64,000 bases of DNA. It comes from Trichosphaerium sp. ATCC 40318. Taxonomy: Eukaryota > Protista > Tubulinea. Each line of letters begins with the position of its first letter. The first letter of the stretch is position 1. The stretch covers positions 186,001 to 250,000 of the forward strand of contig JALMLS010000256.1 in assembly GCA_038496445.1 (NCBI GenBank). Reading direction: 5' to 3'. The position numbers and the translations under genes were made by a program. Below the pieces are notes generated by a model. The model searched no databases. It had not been told where the DNA came from and saw nothing but the letters and a program-made list of their open reading frames with translations. Below are positions 62,758-64,000 of this stretch, one piece after another.

Positions 62758-63537
62758 TCTTCATACACAACATCAATCTTATGTAGTAATATTTCACTAT
62801 CAATAAACTCACTATGCCACGTGGTGGTAAAGTTCACTATCAACAATTGTATACTCTTTAATTTTTCTTACTACACTCCAAAACCACCGCCTGCTTACAG
62901 AGCTCATTTGGTCAGTTTAGCAGCTTTTTGTTTTACTAGAAACAGAAAATAATTCATACTGTCAAGAAGGTTCAATCCCTATTTTTTCGCGGCTGACACT
63001 AGTCAGGTCTCCCTGGAGGTAATTGGACCTCAAAGGGCCCTTTGATGTTTAGTTTTGTAAAATCAAAAAAAATAAAATCAAAAATCACAACAAGAGAGTT
63101 GAAATGTGAGAGTGTTTTTTTTAGCGAAGGAAATTTATTGTTTAGCTGTTTGTACACAAGGTTGCTGGCCTAAAAGTCATTCCTTATTTTTTCTGTTATT
63201 ATTCACCTCCGTAAGGTGTTAAAATTGTTGCTATTGGTTGAGGTGGTACTTTAACACGCAGTCGCGGCCTAAAATAAGTAAGAAAATGAAGGTTTCAGAG
63301 TCAGGTTAATTTTCAAGTAAGTTAAAGGGAAAAAAAGAATTTTCTCAGGAATCTGCAAAAAATGCTCGAATTTCCAAGTAACAATAAAAGATTGACAAAA
63401 AAACATAATGTCTTTATATTGAATATATATTGATGAATATCAAATTCGTTCATACAAGAAAAAAAACAACTGATTCAATAAACTGATAGAAGAAAAAGAT
63501 AAAAAAATTGTAGGGAGAAAAAAACATGTTGGATCAT

Positions 63538-63958
63538 CGTACTTGGCAGCATTAACAGCATTAACAAATTGTTCCATGGATCCATCCCAACCAGTAGGTA
63601 ACCGGATTACAGTTACACCTATAACACCATTTTAATACAAAGGAGTGATGGCCGTTAAACAAAGAAAACAAGATTCAATTCAATTAAGGTATTTTTTTTT
63701 GAAAAAAGTGTTTGACGCATCACAAAGAGTTGATTGAATATTTCGGTGTCTTTCTCTCTCTTACCATACTGGTTTTTTAGTATATTCTGTTTTTCATATC
63801 CCATTTGCTGTCCTAGCTGATATATAAATCCAATCTTTAACTCTGGTACATAAACAGCAAAGTTTGCTGTAAAAAAATTGTTCTCAAGATCTTGGAACTC
63901 GAAGTCCTTGTAAGCCTCAAAATGAGGGTAAAGCTCCTTTATATAATTGTAAATTATC
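63538..63958 (-). CDS. Internal exons of a gene entering from the right edge; degenerate restriction-endonuclease-like (DUF559-type) fold
   Basis: Reads YIKELYPHF...FAVYVPELKIGFIYQ...KQNILKNQY|GVTVIRLPTGWD. The expected catalytic acidic residues are missing. Confidence 0.35.
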
Positions 63959-64000
63959 CTAAAGATAACATTAAATTACTAAAATGCGAACCACAAACTG

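Noticed and set aside
1-64000. Alternative genetic code or stop readthrough as the cause of fragmented ORFs
   Set aside because: Conserved genes rebuild cleanly with GT-AG introns under the standard code and use TAA, TAG and TGA as stops.

Overview
AT-rich eukaryotic DNA, most consistent with a free-living amoeboid protist. Introns are short GT-AG, often with a GTACGT or GTAAGT donor and a CTAAC/CTGAC branch site. The lineage is an inference from the class C GPCRs and C2-arrestins. Intron-rich core genes: a Ser/Thr kinase, two CBS-domain paralogs, two GABA-B-like class C GPCRs, an arylsulfatase, two C2/arrestin proteins, a CTL/Pns1 transporter, a haspin-like kinase, a divergent MnmG/MTO1, an AlkZ-like glycosylase, cyanase and Hikeshi/Opi10. 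They are interleaved with a fast-turning-over, intron-poor accessory layer. This layer has F-box+LRR genes (3 copies and a relic), MORN-repeat genes and relics (at least 5, three with an F-box-like N-terminus), a duplicated orphan nuclear protein, a duplicated 89-aa ORF with an A-rich tail, and an intronless PhyH-DUF1115 fusion. Several duplicates form inverted pairs bracketing 7-12 kb of ordinary genes. The best candidate for a new system is a head-to-head F-box-LRR / F-box-MORN cassette whose central LRR modules differ between copies far more than the flanking non-coding DNA does, next to a near-perfect 37-bp pre-miRNA-like hairpin. Gene models were spliced by eye. Single-base frameshifts may be assembly errors.
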